From: Eledone cirrhosa
Taxonomy: Eukaryota
NCBI GenBank assembly: GCA_964016885.1
Contig: OZ024765.1
Coordinates: 5,704,001-5,768,000 of the forward strand
DNA length: 64,000 nt
Reading direction: 5' to 3'
Each line of letters begins with the position of its first letter. The first letter of the stretch is position 1. The notes beneath the pieces are model-generated. The model did not search any database. It saw nothing but the letters and a program-made list of their open reading frames with translations, and was not told the DNA's origin. The translations under genes were made by a program, and so were the position numbers. Shown piece by piece: positions 35,078 to 48,192 of this stretch.

Positions 35078-35568
35078 GTGGGTAAGCTACCTCGAATGAT
35101 GCTATATATTAATCGAGAGGAGGAGGTGACTATTATAATTTTTATAAGTAATTATCTTTTAAAGACAAGAGGAAATTTCATCATTAAAATCATAAATATA
35201 TGTCTACAGAATACAGATTATCAAAATGAAATTAAAAGCAAGTAAATCAGGGGCCACTAAACTTTACTTATTTAGTTTTATTTCTATCGTGAAAAATGTT
35301 GATCTTCAGATATTAGATTATGGCGGCTGTAATTGTCTTTGTGTTTACGTGTTTGTTTGAAATCCTATTTTAATGTTCGTCTCTCTTTAAACATCGTTTA
35401 TAGTTTGTTAAAATTAATTTTAGATTATTCGTACCTCGTCTGTGTGGTTTATTTTGATGTAGCGTCCCTGTCTTGTTTATTTTTGGTTACATTTTAAATG
35501 TGAAATACAGGAACATCAGACATTAAAATGAAATGTTACGTAAAACACACACCTTGTGTTTATTCCAG

Positions 35569-35677
35569 GTATTTAGATAGATGTCCAGATGTCCACTGAC
35601 AACAAAATAATACAATCATCCAGTGAAACTTGGTAATAATCCAGGTTCGTTGCAGTCACCATTCACAGTAAACAATG
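35569..35677 (+). other. Exon-like segment B, diverged paralogue of A (per unit)
   Basis: tttattccAG| ... |GTtaga; YLDRCPDVH* then, frameshifted, NHPVKLGNNPGSLQSPFTVNNG. Confidence 0.45.
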
Positions 35678-35911
35678 GTTAGAAAGAATCAAAAACAAAA
35701 ACAAAAGACGTATTCAGCAGTTAATGAAGTGAAAACAAAATAAAAACAACTTTACTGAATAAAATTCATTTCTTAATTTCAATAAGGTTTTTTGTTCTTT
35801 CTTTTATAAAAAAAATAAATTTTAATTATAATATGGGACATTACTACAAAGTACAGCATTATTAGTTCAAATCTTACTTAATAAAAGAAACAAATACGCA
35901 GTTATTAGTAT

Positions 35912-36635
35912 AAAACCTAACGGAAATCGAACCCTAAATCAGGATCTCCACCGTCTCTAGTGCTTACCATTAGGCCACAGGGACGGTTACAAAAATTTTT
36001 TGAAAATTAGTATTTACTTACCTATACTAGAAAAAACCGGAAGTGGAGAAAATTGAAAAACTTCTTCTTTTTCTTCCTCTGATTTTTGCCACGAACGATA
36101 ACTCGTCTCTGACTTAAATCCAAATTTTGGATAAAAAAAAATCAGAGGAAGAAAAAGAAGATGTTTTTCAATTTTCTCCACTTCCGGTTTTTTCTAGTAA
36201 TGAAAAAGTAGGTTTATAAATATCAATTTTTAAGTAAGTTTCTGTAACCGTCCCTTTAGCCTAGTGGTAAGTATAAGAGCCGGTGGAGGTCCAGGTCCGG
36301 GGTTCAATCACTGGCAGTGTGTCGTATTATATTTTTTAGAGTATAAAACAAAAATAAAAAAGTAACTTTATAAATATTAATTTTCACATTGTTTATATAT
36401 CGGTCTCCGTGGCCTAATGGTAGGTATTAGAGACGGTGGAGAACCTGCTCTTGGTTTCGATTTCAGTCAAAGTCTATAGATAATAATTTCATTTTTTACT
36501 TTACTAGAGAAAAATATATAGTACAGATTCGGACTGAGATTGAACACCACATCAGTGTCTACATAGTCTCTAACACCTACCAAACAGATACAAGAACATA
36601 AGAAAAAATTAATATTTATAAACCTACTTTTAATT
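35912..36635. other. Cassette of four tRNA-like Pol III modules around a ~63-bp-arm palindrome (at each unit junction)
   Basis: Modules 35912-35984(-), 36250-36336(+), 36403-36497(+), 36510-36590(-); A boxes TAGCCTAGTGG/TGGCCTAATGG, B boxes GGTTCAATC/GGTTCGATTTC; palindrome 36025-36199. Confidence 0.65.
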
Positions 36636-39600
36636 TCCAAGCAAAATAGATGTGCTGGCGTTCATGGCTTTCTCATTGTTATTTCTACTATAATCGGGTC
36701 AATGTTTACATTTATTCTTCTGGGGCTTTCATAAAATATATTTTCACTTTCTTTCGGGTTCATTAGATCCTACAACCAGATGATCTACAGGGACCTTCTT
36801 CATGGTCATAGCTGATTATTAAATATATACGGGAGAGTGTGTGTGTATTAGATCTTGCCGTGATGTACTCAGCAATAATGGTTTTCAATTCCGTCGTCCC
36901 TCCATCCTTGGTGTGTATATAAATATATATGTGATTTTAACGTACAACGGCGACAATATATAAATCTGTTTTGTTTGATAATAATTAGATAAAGCTAATT
37001 CTACAACCCCTGTTAAACATTGAAACCACGACTATAAAATATAGCAACAACCACGACATAACAGTCTCTGGTTAAATATGATTTAATGAAATTATTGCTA
37101 GAGATTGATCCCTAATATTTTATCTCACTCCTTAACCAGGGAGGAAAGGTCCTCAGACTCGGACAATGTTGATAAGGAGAGCAGAGTGTATCCTTATTTG
37201 TCACGTCTTTCCAGTTGTCACGGTATATAAAAGGCAGTAGTACTAGTCACTCCTGCGAAAGATGTTGTCAGTTAGCCTTCTGTAACGAGAGAAGAAGGTC
37301 GTGGCTGTTTTCCTCCCTATCACATAATTCATACATTTGTCATCCTTTAGATATCAATATACAAGAGAAAGAAGAAAATTGAGAACTTCGGTCTTTTAAA
37401 AGTAACATTTATTACATTAGAGCAAAATCTTGCATTAACAATATTTTGTGAGACTAAAACATGGAATGGACAAAGAGATTATTAGAAGAAGGGCAATTGT
37501 CTCTATCTTAAACGCCAATACATTCTACAGAAAATCGAAATGAGAATAATTACAGAGATACTTTACAAAATGTTTCGCGATATGGTTCAAGTTATTTTGT
37601 AGTAATATGCAGCTATATTTATACATGTCTCTTATACCCCTCCACGAGGAATTGTGAATATGTATGAATATGATTTTAAAGATGGCTAAACATGTTGAAG
37701 AAAAAAAAGGAATTCAGATGATAGGAATAATAAAACATTCCTTTGCCTAGCTAAATGTCGAGAGGTCTAAAACACTAGTTGAATGATATGTGTGATACGA
37801 CCTAGAATATTGTTTTGGGGCATGGTCAGACGACTTCAGAAAATACGGAGAAGCTATTGAAGGAATCCAGAAAAGAACAAAACAGAAAACACCAGAATTA
37901 TTAAGAAATCTGTCTTCTGAAGAAAGATGTTAAACTTTAGGGATTGCAAATTTAGAGGAGATAAATCTAAGAGGGTGGGGGGGACATGATAGAAATATAT
38001 ATTTAAAGGACTAATATTTAAATAGTAGTACACTATTCCAATGTAAAACTCTGAATAACTATATCTTTCGGGGAGATATATCAAACGAGTGACATGATAG
38101 AAATATTTAAAATAATGAAAGGACTACAATATACAGTATTGCAGAAGTAAATGAAAATATAAGAAGACATCACCATTGAACTGCAGATGAAAGTCAGTAC
38201 TCTTTACATTTATCCCAGGTATATAGAAAGCTATCCTGATGTCCACTAATTGAAATTTAAAACAATAAAGAAACACCACAATCCAGTAAACTTTAGTAAT
38301 AATCCAATTAAGCCGCCATTTACAGTAGAAAATAGTAAGAAAAACAAAGTCACACTCAGAAGTTAATGCAGTGAAAACAATAAAAATATTATTAATATTT
38401 AAAATAATGAAAGGACTACAATATACAGTATTGCAGAAGTAAATGAAAATATAAGAAGACATCACCATTGAACTGCAGATGAAAGTCAATACTCTTTACA
38501 TTTATCCCAGGTATATAGAAAGCTATCCTGATGTCCACTGATTGAAATATAAAACAATAAAGAAACACCACAATCCAGTAAACCTTAGTAATAATCCAAT
38601 TAAGCCGCCATTTACAGTAGAAAATGGTAAGAAAAACAAAGTCACACTCAGAAGTTAATGCAGTGAAAACAATAAAAATATTATTAATAAATAATAATAA
38701 TTTCATTTCATATTATCATTAAATTGTTTGTCTATTTTTATTGTAAACATAAAATATACTAATATATATATACATTCATACATATACATCGATACATTCT
38801 GTGAGTATGTCTTACTTAGGCAAAAGTCAAGTAATTTGCGGGGAGGAACCAATCCGTTAAATTGATCCCAGTACATGACTGGTACTATAAGTTATATGCT
38901 CCAAAATCATAAAATTATGGGTTAATCTAAACACTGAGAACACAAAGGTGGGGTAAAATTATTTAAAAATTGAGGTTTTAATATTTTATCTTTTATTTAC
39001 AAATTATATGTCTTGGTGTCATATTTAAGGATATAATGTAGTTATTGGTGGAAATAATATAATATGTGATGAAGAGGTGTATATAACTGTGGATATAGAA
39101 TTGTTTTAATCATTATTTTTAACGGACGAAAAAACTACATAATGACTTCTAGTCGGAGTTACGGCAAAGACCCTCCATGACGGTTGAAATATTACACATT
39201 ATCTATATATAGGAATCGGGCTAAACAATTTACGGGCACGTCGCTCTAAGTTGGAATATTTTTCACACACACAGACACGGGAGTTAGGTATGGCATATTT
39301 CAAATAAGAGAACATTATTACAGACGGAGTCATTGTAGGTTGAAATCATTGTTAGACCGATCAGAAAGAAAATGGATATTTAATTCATGAAAAAACCTGA
39401 AGTGTGAAAGACAGAGTCGACCCTTTCTAGTAACAACACTAAGAAACCCATGAACGCCACCACGTCCTAAATCTAACTCTGCGATCGTCATATCAAATCG
39501 AAATACTTCACCAACTGTGGAAGATGAAGGATTGAAGAACTATGATATATAGCGAAGAGGCTTGTCTCCAGAACAAGGGTTGCCAAATATTTTGGCGTCA

Positions 39601-42600
39601 TTGCCCACATTCACATGAAAAAATGTTCCACCAGCCACCTGTATAGTAAATATTCCAAAGTATACCAAATATGTTTCGTAAATGTTTGTTCCTGGTTTAA
39701 TTTTCCCAATTAGCTTCCTGATTTTTATTCAGGTTCTTTGCATATATTCCTTGAATAGGTTTTCGGGTAGCATACCTTCTTAAATCTCAAAATTCTATAT
39801 CGGCCACCAAAGTTTCCAATGGCCCTCAATTTTCTGTTCAGCTGCTCATCGCCCACCCAACAGTTGAAACCGCCCAGTTGAGGAACCCCTGTGGGTAAGC
39901 TACCTCGAATGATGCTATATATTAATCGAGAGGAGGAGGTGACTATTATAATTTTTATAAGTAATTATCTTTTAAAGACAAGAGGAAATTTCATCATTAA
40001 AATCATAAATATATGTCTACAGAATACAGATTATCAAAATGAAATTAAAAGCAAGTAAATCAGGGGCCACTAAACTTTACTTATTTAGTTTTATTTCTAT
40101 CGTGAAAAATGTTGATCTTCAGATATTAGATTATGGCGGCTGTAATTGTCTTTGTGTTTACGTGTTTGTTTGAAATCCTATTTTAATGTTCGTCTCTCTT
40201 TAAACATCGTTTATAGTTTGTTAAAATTAATTTTAGATTATTCGTACCTCGTCTGTGTGGTTTATTTTGATGTAGCGTCCCTGTCTTGTTTATTTTTGGT
40301 TACATTTTAAATGTGAAATACAGGAACATCAGACATTAAAATGAAATGTTACGTAAAACACACACCTTGTGTTTATTCCAGGTATTTAGATAGATGTCCA
40401 GATGTCCACTGACAACAAAATAATACAATCATCCAGTGAAACTTGGTAATAATCCAGGTTCGTTGCAGTCACCATTCACAGTAAACAATGGTTAGAAAGA
40501 ATCAAAAACAAAAACAAAAGACGTATTCAGCAGTTAATGAAGTGAAAACAAAATAAAAACAACTTTACTGAATAAAATTCATTTCTTAATTTCAATAAGG
40601 TTTTTTGTTCTTTCTTTTATAAAAAAAATAAATTTTAATTATAATATGGGACATTACTACAAAGTACAGCATTATTAGTTCAAATCTTACTTAATAAAAG
40701 AAACAAATACGCAGTTATTAGTATAAAAACTAACGGAAATCGAACCCTAAATCAGGATCTCCACCGTCTCTAGTGCTTACCATTAGGCCACAGGGACGGT
40801 TACAAAAATTTTTTGAAAATTAGTATTTACTTACCTATACTAGAAAAAACCGGAAGTGGAGAAAATTGAAAAACTTCTTCTTTTTCTTCCTCTGATTTTT
40901 GCCACGAACGATAACTCGTCTCTGACTTAAATCCAAATTTTGGATAAAAAAAAATCAGAGGAAGAAAAAGAAGATGTTTTTCAATTTTCTCCACTTCCGG
41001 TTTTTTCTAGTAATGAAAAAGTAGGTTTATAAATATCAATTTTTAAGTAAGTTTCTGTAACCGTCCCTTTAGCCTAGTGGTAAGTATAAGAGCCGGTGGA
41101 GGTCCAGGTCCGGGGTTCAATCACTGGCAGTGTGTCGTATTATATTTTTTAGAGTATAAAACAAAAATAAAAAAGTAACTTTATAAATATTAATTTTCAC
41201 ATTGTTTATATATCGGTCTCCGTGGCCTAATGGTAGGTATTAGAGACGGTGGAGAACCTGCTCTGGGTTTCGATTTCAGTCAAAGTCTATAGATAATAAT
41301 TTCATTTTTTACTTTACTAGAGAAAAATTTAAATTTAAAAATATATAGTACAGATTCGGACTGAGATTGAACACCACATCAGTGTCTACATAGTCTCTAA
41401 CACCTACCAAACAGATACAAGAACATAAGAAAAAATTAATATTTATAAACCTACTTTTAATTTCCAAGCAAAATAGATGTGCTGGCGTTCATGGCTTTCT
41501 CATTGTTATTTCTACTATAATCGGGTCAATGTTTACATTTATTCTTCTGGGGCTTTCATAAAATATATTTTCACTTTCTTTCGGGTTCATTAGATCCTAC
41601 AACCAGATGATCTACAGGGACCTTCTTCATGGTCATAGCTGATTATTAAATATATACGGGAGAGTGTGTGTGTATTAGATCTTGCCGTGATGTACTCAGC
41701 AATAATGGTTTTCAATTCCGTCGTCCCTCCATCCTTGGTGTGTATATAAATATATATGTGATTTTAACGTACAACGGCGACAATATATAAATCTGTTTTG
41801 TTTGATAATAATTAGATAAAGCTAATTCTACAACCCCTGTTAAACATTGAAACCACGACTATAAAATATAGCAACAACCACGACATAACAGTCTCTGGTT
41901 AAATATGATTTAATGAAATTATTGCTAGAGATTGATCCCTAATATTTTATCTCACTCCTTAACCAGGGAGGAAAGGTCCTCAGACTCGGACAATGTTGAT
42001 AAGGAGAGCAGAGTGTATCCTTATTTGTCACGTCTTTCCAGTTGTCACGGTATATAAAAGGCAGTAGTACTAGTCACTCCTGCGAAAGATGTTGTCAGTT
42101 AGCCTTCTGTAACGAGAGAAGAAGGTCGTGGCTGTTTTCCTCCCTATCACATAATTCATACATTTGTCATCCTTTAGATATCAATATACAAGAGAAAGAA
42201 GAAAATTGAGAACTTCGGTCTTTTAAAAGTAACATTTATTACATTAGAGCAAAATCTTGCATTAACAATATTTTGTGAGACTAAAACATGGAATGGACAA
42301 AGAGATTATTAGAAGAAGGGCAATTGTCTCTATCTTAAACGCCAATACATTCTACAGAAAATCGAAATGAGAATAATTACAGAGATACTTTACAAAATGT
42401 TTCGCGATATGGTTCAAGTTATTTTGTAGTAATATGCAGCTATATTTATACATGTCTCTTATACCCCTCCACGAGGAATTGTGAATATGTATGAATATGA
42501 TTTTAAAGATGGCTAAACATGTTGAAGAAAAAAAAGGAATTCAGATGATAGGAATAATAAAACATTCCTTTGCCTAGCTAAATGTCGAGAGGTCTAAAAC

Positions 42601-45600
42601 ACTAGTTGAATGATATGTGTGATACGACCTAGAATATTGTTTTGGGGCATGGTCAGACGACTTCAGAAAATACGGAGAAGCTATTGAAGGAATCCAGAAA
42701 AGAACAAAACAGAAAACACCAGAATTATTAAGAAATCTGTCTTCTGAAGAAAGATGTTAAACTTTAGGGATTGCAAATTTAGAGGAGATAAATCTAAGAG
42801 GGTGCGGGGGGGGGGGGGGACATGATAGAAATATATATTTAAAGGACTAATATTTAAATAGTAGTACACTATTCCAATGTAAAGCTCTGAATAACTATAT
42901 CTTTCGGGGAGATATATCAAACGAGTGACATGATAGAAATATTTAAAATAATGAAAAGACTACAATATACAGTATTGCAGAAGTAAATGAAAATATAAGA
43001 AGACATCACCATTGAACTGCAGATGAAAGTCAGTACTCTTTACATTTATCCCAGGTATATAGAAAGCTATCCTGATGTCCACTGATTGAAATATAAAACA
43101 ATAAAGAAACACCACAATCCAGTAAACCTTAGTAATAATCCAATTAAGCCGCCATTTACAGTAGAAAATAGTAAGAACAACAAAGTCACACTCAGAAGTT
43201 AATGCAGTGAAAACAATAAAAATATTATTAATAAATAATAATAATTTCATTTCATATTATCATTAAATTGTTTGTCTATTTTTATTGTAATCATAAAATA
43301 TACTAATATATATATACATTCATACATATACATCGATACATTCTGTGAGTATGTCTTACTTAGGCAAAAGTCAAGTAATTTGCGGGGAGGAACCAATCCG
43401 TTAAATTGATCCCAGTACATGACTGGTACTATAAGTTATATGCTCCAAAATCATAAAATTATGGGTTAATCTAAACACTGAGAACACAAAGGTGGGGTAA
43501 AATTATTTAAAAATTGAGGTTTTAATATTTTATCTTTTATTTACAAATTATATGTCTTGGTGTCATATTTAAGGATATAATGTAGTTATTGGTGGAAATA
43601 ATATAATATGTGATGAAGAGGTGTATATAACTGTGGATATAGAATTGTTTTAATCATTATTTTTAACGGACGAAAAAACTACATAATGACTTCTAGTCGG
43701 AGTTACGGGAAATTACGGCAAAGACCCTCCATGAAGGTTGAAATATTACTCATTATCTATATATAGGAATCGGGCTAAACAATTTACGGGCACGTCGCTC
43801 TAAGTTGGAATATTTTTCACACACACAGACACGGGAGTTAGGTATGGCATATTTCAAATAAGAGAACATTATTACAGACGGAGTCATTGTAGGTTGAAAT
43901 CATTGTTAGACCGATCAGAAAGAAAATGGATATTTAATTCATGAAAAAACCTGAAGTGTGAAAGACAGAGTCGACCCTTTCTAGTAACAACACTAAGAAA
44001 CCCATGAACGCCACCACGTCCTAAATCTAACTCTGCGATCGTCATATCAAATCGAAATACTTCACCAACTGTGGAAGATGAAGGATTGAAGAACTATGAT
44101 ATATAGCGAAGAGGCTTGTCTCCAGAACATTTAGTAAGGTGGAAGCCAAGGGTTGCCAAATATTTTGGCGTCATTGCCCACATTCACATGAAAAAATGTT
44201 CCACCAGCCACCTGTATAGTAAATATTCCAAAGTATACCAAATATGTTTCGTAAATGTTTGTTCCTGGTTTAATTTTCCCAATTAGCTTCCTGATTTTTA
44301 TTCAGGTTCTTTGCATATATTCCTTGAATAGGTTTTCGGGTAGCATACCTTCTTAAATCTCAAAATTCTATATCGGCCACCAAAGTTTCCAATGGCCCTC
44401 AATTTTCTGTTCAGCTGCTCATCAGTTGAAACCCAACAGTTGAAACCGCCCAGTTGAGGAACCCCTGTGGGTAAGCTACCTCGAATGATGCTATATATTA
44501 ATCGAGAGGAGGAGGTGACTATTATAATTTTTATAAGTAATTATCTTTTAAAGACAAGAGGAAATTTCATCATTAAAATCATAAATATATGTCTACAGAA
44601 TACAGATTATCAAAATGAAATTAAAAGCAAGTAAATCAGGGGCCACTAAACTTTACTTATTTAGTTTTATTTCTATCGTGAAAAATGTTGATCTTCAGAT
44701 ATTAGATTATGGCGGCTGTAATTGTCTTTGTGTTTACGTGTTTGTTTGAAATCCTATTTTAATGTTCGTCTCTCTTTAAACATCGTTTATAGTTTGTTAA
44801 AATTAATTTTAGATTATTCGTACCTCGTCTGTGTGGGTTATTTTGATGTAGCGTCCCTGTCTTGTTTATTTTTGGTTACATTTTAAATGTGAAATACAGG
44901 AACATCAGACATTAAAATGAAATGTTACGTAAAACACACACCTTGTGTTTATTCCAGGTATTTAGATAGATGTCCAGATGTCCACTGACAACAAAATAAT
45001 ACAATCATCCAGTGAAACTTGGTAATAATCCAGGTTCGTTGCAGTCACCATTCACAGTAAACAATGGTTAGAAAGAATCAAAAACAAAAACAAAAGACGT
45101 ATTCAGCAGTTAATGAAGTGAAAACAAAATAAAAACAACTTTACTGAATAAAATTCATTTCTTAATTTCAATAAGGTTTTTTGTTCTTTCTTTTATAAAA
45201 AAAATAAATTTTAATTATAATATGGGACATTACTACAAAGTACAGCATTATTAGTTCAAATCTTACTTAATAAAAGAAACAAATACGCAGTTATTAGTAT
45301 AAAACCTAACGGAAATCGAACCCTAAATCAGGATCTCCACCGTCTCTAGTGCTTACCATTAGGCCACAGGGACGGTTACAAAAATTTTTTGAAAATTAGT
45401 ATTTACTTACCTATACTAGAAAAAACCGGAAGTGGAGAAAATTGAAAAACTTCTTCTTTTTCTTCCTCTGATTTTTGCCACGAACGATAACTCGTCTCTG
45501 ACTTAAATCCAAATTTTGGATAAAAAAAAATCAGAGGAAGAAAAAGAAGATGTTTTTCAATTTTCTCCACTTCCGGTTTTTTCTAGTAATGAAAAAGTAG

Positions 45601-46236
45601 GTTTATAAATATCAATTTTTAAGTAAGTTTCTGTAACCGTCCCTTTAGCCTAGTGGTAAGTATAAGAGCCGGTGGAGGTCCAGGTCCGGGGTTCAATCAC
45701 TGGCAGTGTGTCGTATTATATTTTTTATAGTATAAAACAAAAATTAAAAAGTAACTTTATAAATATTAATTTTCAGACTGTTTTTATATCGGTCTCCGTG
45801 GCCTAATGGTAGGTATTAGAGACGGTGGAGAACCTGCTCTGGGTTTCGATTTTAGTCAAAGTCTATAGATAATAATTTCATTTTTTACTTTACTAGAGAA
45901 AAATTTAAATTTAAAAATATATAGTACAGATTCGGACTGAGATTGAACACCACATCAGTGTCTACATAGTCTCTAACACCTACCAAACAGATACAAGAAC
46001 ATAAGAAAAAATTAATATTTATAAACCTACTTTTAATTTCCAAGCAAAATAGATGTGCTGGCGTTCATGGCTTTCTCATTGTTATTTCTACTATAATCGG
46101 GTCAATGTTTACATTTATTCTTCTGGGGCTTTCATAAAATATATTTTCACTTTCTTTCGGGTTCATTAGATCCTACAACCAGATGATCTACAGGGACCTT
46201 CTTCATGGTCATAGCTGATTATTAAATATATACGGG

Positions 46237-46267
<31 letters not shown>

Positions 46268-48155
46268 ATTAGATCTTGCCGTGATGTACTCAGCAATAAT
46301 GGTTTTCAATTCCGTCGTCCCTCCATCCTTGGTGTGTATATAAATATATATGTGATTTTAACGTACAACGGCGACAATATATAAATCTGTTTCGTTTGAT
46401 AATAATTAGATAAAGCTAATTCTACAACCCCTGTTAAACATTGAAACCACGACTATAAAATATAGCAACAACCACGACATAACAGTCTCTGGTTAAATAT
46501 GATTTAATGAAATTATTGCTAGAGATTGATCCCTAATATTTTATCTCACTCCTTAACCAGGGAGGAAAGGTCCTCAGACTCGGACAATGTTGATAAGGAG
46601 AGCAGAGTGTATCCTTATTTGTCACGTCTTTCCAGTTGTCACGGTATATAAAAGGCAGTAGTACTAGTCACTCCTGCGAAAGACGTTGTCAGTTAGCCTT
46701 CTGTAACGAGAGAAGAAGGTCGTGGCTTTTTTTCCTCCCTATCGCATAATTCATACATTTGTCATCCTTTAGATATCAATATACAAGAGAAAGAAGAAAA
46801 TTGAGAACTTCGGTCTTTTAAAAGTAACATTTATTACATTAGAGCAAAATCTTGCATTAACAATATTTTGTGAGACTAAACATGGAATGGATAAAGAGAT
46901 TATTAGAAGAAGGGCAATTGTCTCTATCTTAAACGTCAATACATTCTACAGAAAATCGAAATGAGAATAATTACAGAGATACTTAAAAAAATGTTTCGCG
47001 ATATGGTTCAAGTTATTTTGTAGTAATATGCAGCTATATTTATACATGTCTCTTATACCCCTCCACGAGGAATTGTGAATATGTATGAATATGATTTTAA
47101 AGATGGCTAAACATGTTGAAGAAAAAAAAGGAATTCAGATGATAGGAATAATAAAACATTCCTTTGCCTAGCTAAATGTCGAGAGGTCTAAAACACTAGT
47201 TGAATGATATGTGTGATACGACCTAGAATATTGTTTTCGGGGATGGTCAGACGACTTCAGAAAATACGGAGAAGCTATTGAAGGAATCCAGAAAAGAACA
47301 AAACAGAAAACACCAGATTTATTAAGAAATCTGTCTTCTGAAGAAAGATGTTAAACTTTAGGGATTGCAAATTTAGAGGAGATAAATCTAAGAGGGTGGG
47401 GGGGACATGATAGAAATATATATTTAAAGGACTAATATTTAAATAGTAGTACACTATTCCAATGTAAAACTCTGAATAACTATATCTTTCGGGGAGATAT
47501 ATCAAACGAGTGACATGATAGAAATATTTAAAATAATGAAAGGACTACAATATACAGTATTGCAGAAGTAAATGAAAATATAAGAAGACATCACCATTGA
47601 ACTGCAGATGAAAGTCAGTACTCTTTACATTTATCCCAGGTATATAGAAAGCTATCCTGATGTCCACTGATTGAAATATAAAACAATAAAGAAACACCAC
47701 AATCCAGTAAACCTTAGTAATAATCCAATTAAGCCGCCATTTACAGTAGAAAATAGTAAGAAAAACAAAGTCACACTCAGAAGTTAATGCAGTGAAAACA
47801 ATAAAAATATTATTAATATTTAAAATAATGAAAGGACTACAATATACAGTATTGCAGAAGTAAATGAAAATATAAGAAGTCAGTACTCTTTACATTTATC
47901 CCAGGTATATAGAAAGCTATCCTGATGTCCACTGATTGAAATATAAAACAATAAAGAAACACCACAATCCAGTAAACCTTAGTAATAATCCAATTAAGCC
48001 GCCATTTACAGTAGAAAATGGTAAGAAAAACAAAGTCACACTCAGAAGTTAATGCAGTAAAAACAATAAAAATATTATTAATAAATAATAATAATTTCAT
48101 TTCATATTATCATTAAATTGTTTATCTATTTTTATTGTAAACATAAAATATACTA

Positions 48156-48192
<37 letters not shown>

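Noticed and set aside
34920-35082. Apparent exon (ttcAG ... GG|GTAAGC) with one TGA
   Set aside because: Lies inside a probable hAT MITE and has no paralogue support
35615-35680. SECIS or iron-responsive-element hairpins
   Set aside because: Stem too short, not conserved in paralogue A, and the loop is not CAGUGN
36250-36325. Functional tRNA genes
   Set aside because: Acceptor and anticodon stems do not pair; only the promoter boxes are retained
37854-38084. Repeated 76-79-aa minus-strand ORF (MIYLPERYS...)
   Set aside because: Antisense of the CR1 remnant; broken by poly-G length variation in other units
42960-43250. Repeated hydrophobic 96-aa minus-strand ORF (MKLLLFINN...)
   Set aside because: Antisense of the A-rich exon-like segment; the paralogue has a stop and frameshift in this frame, and synonymous changes favour the + strand
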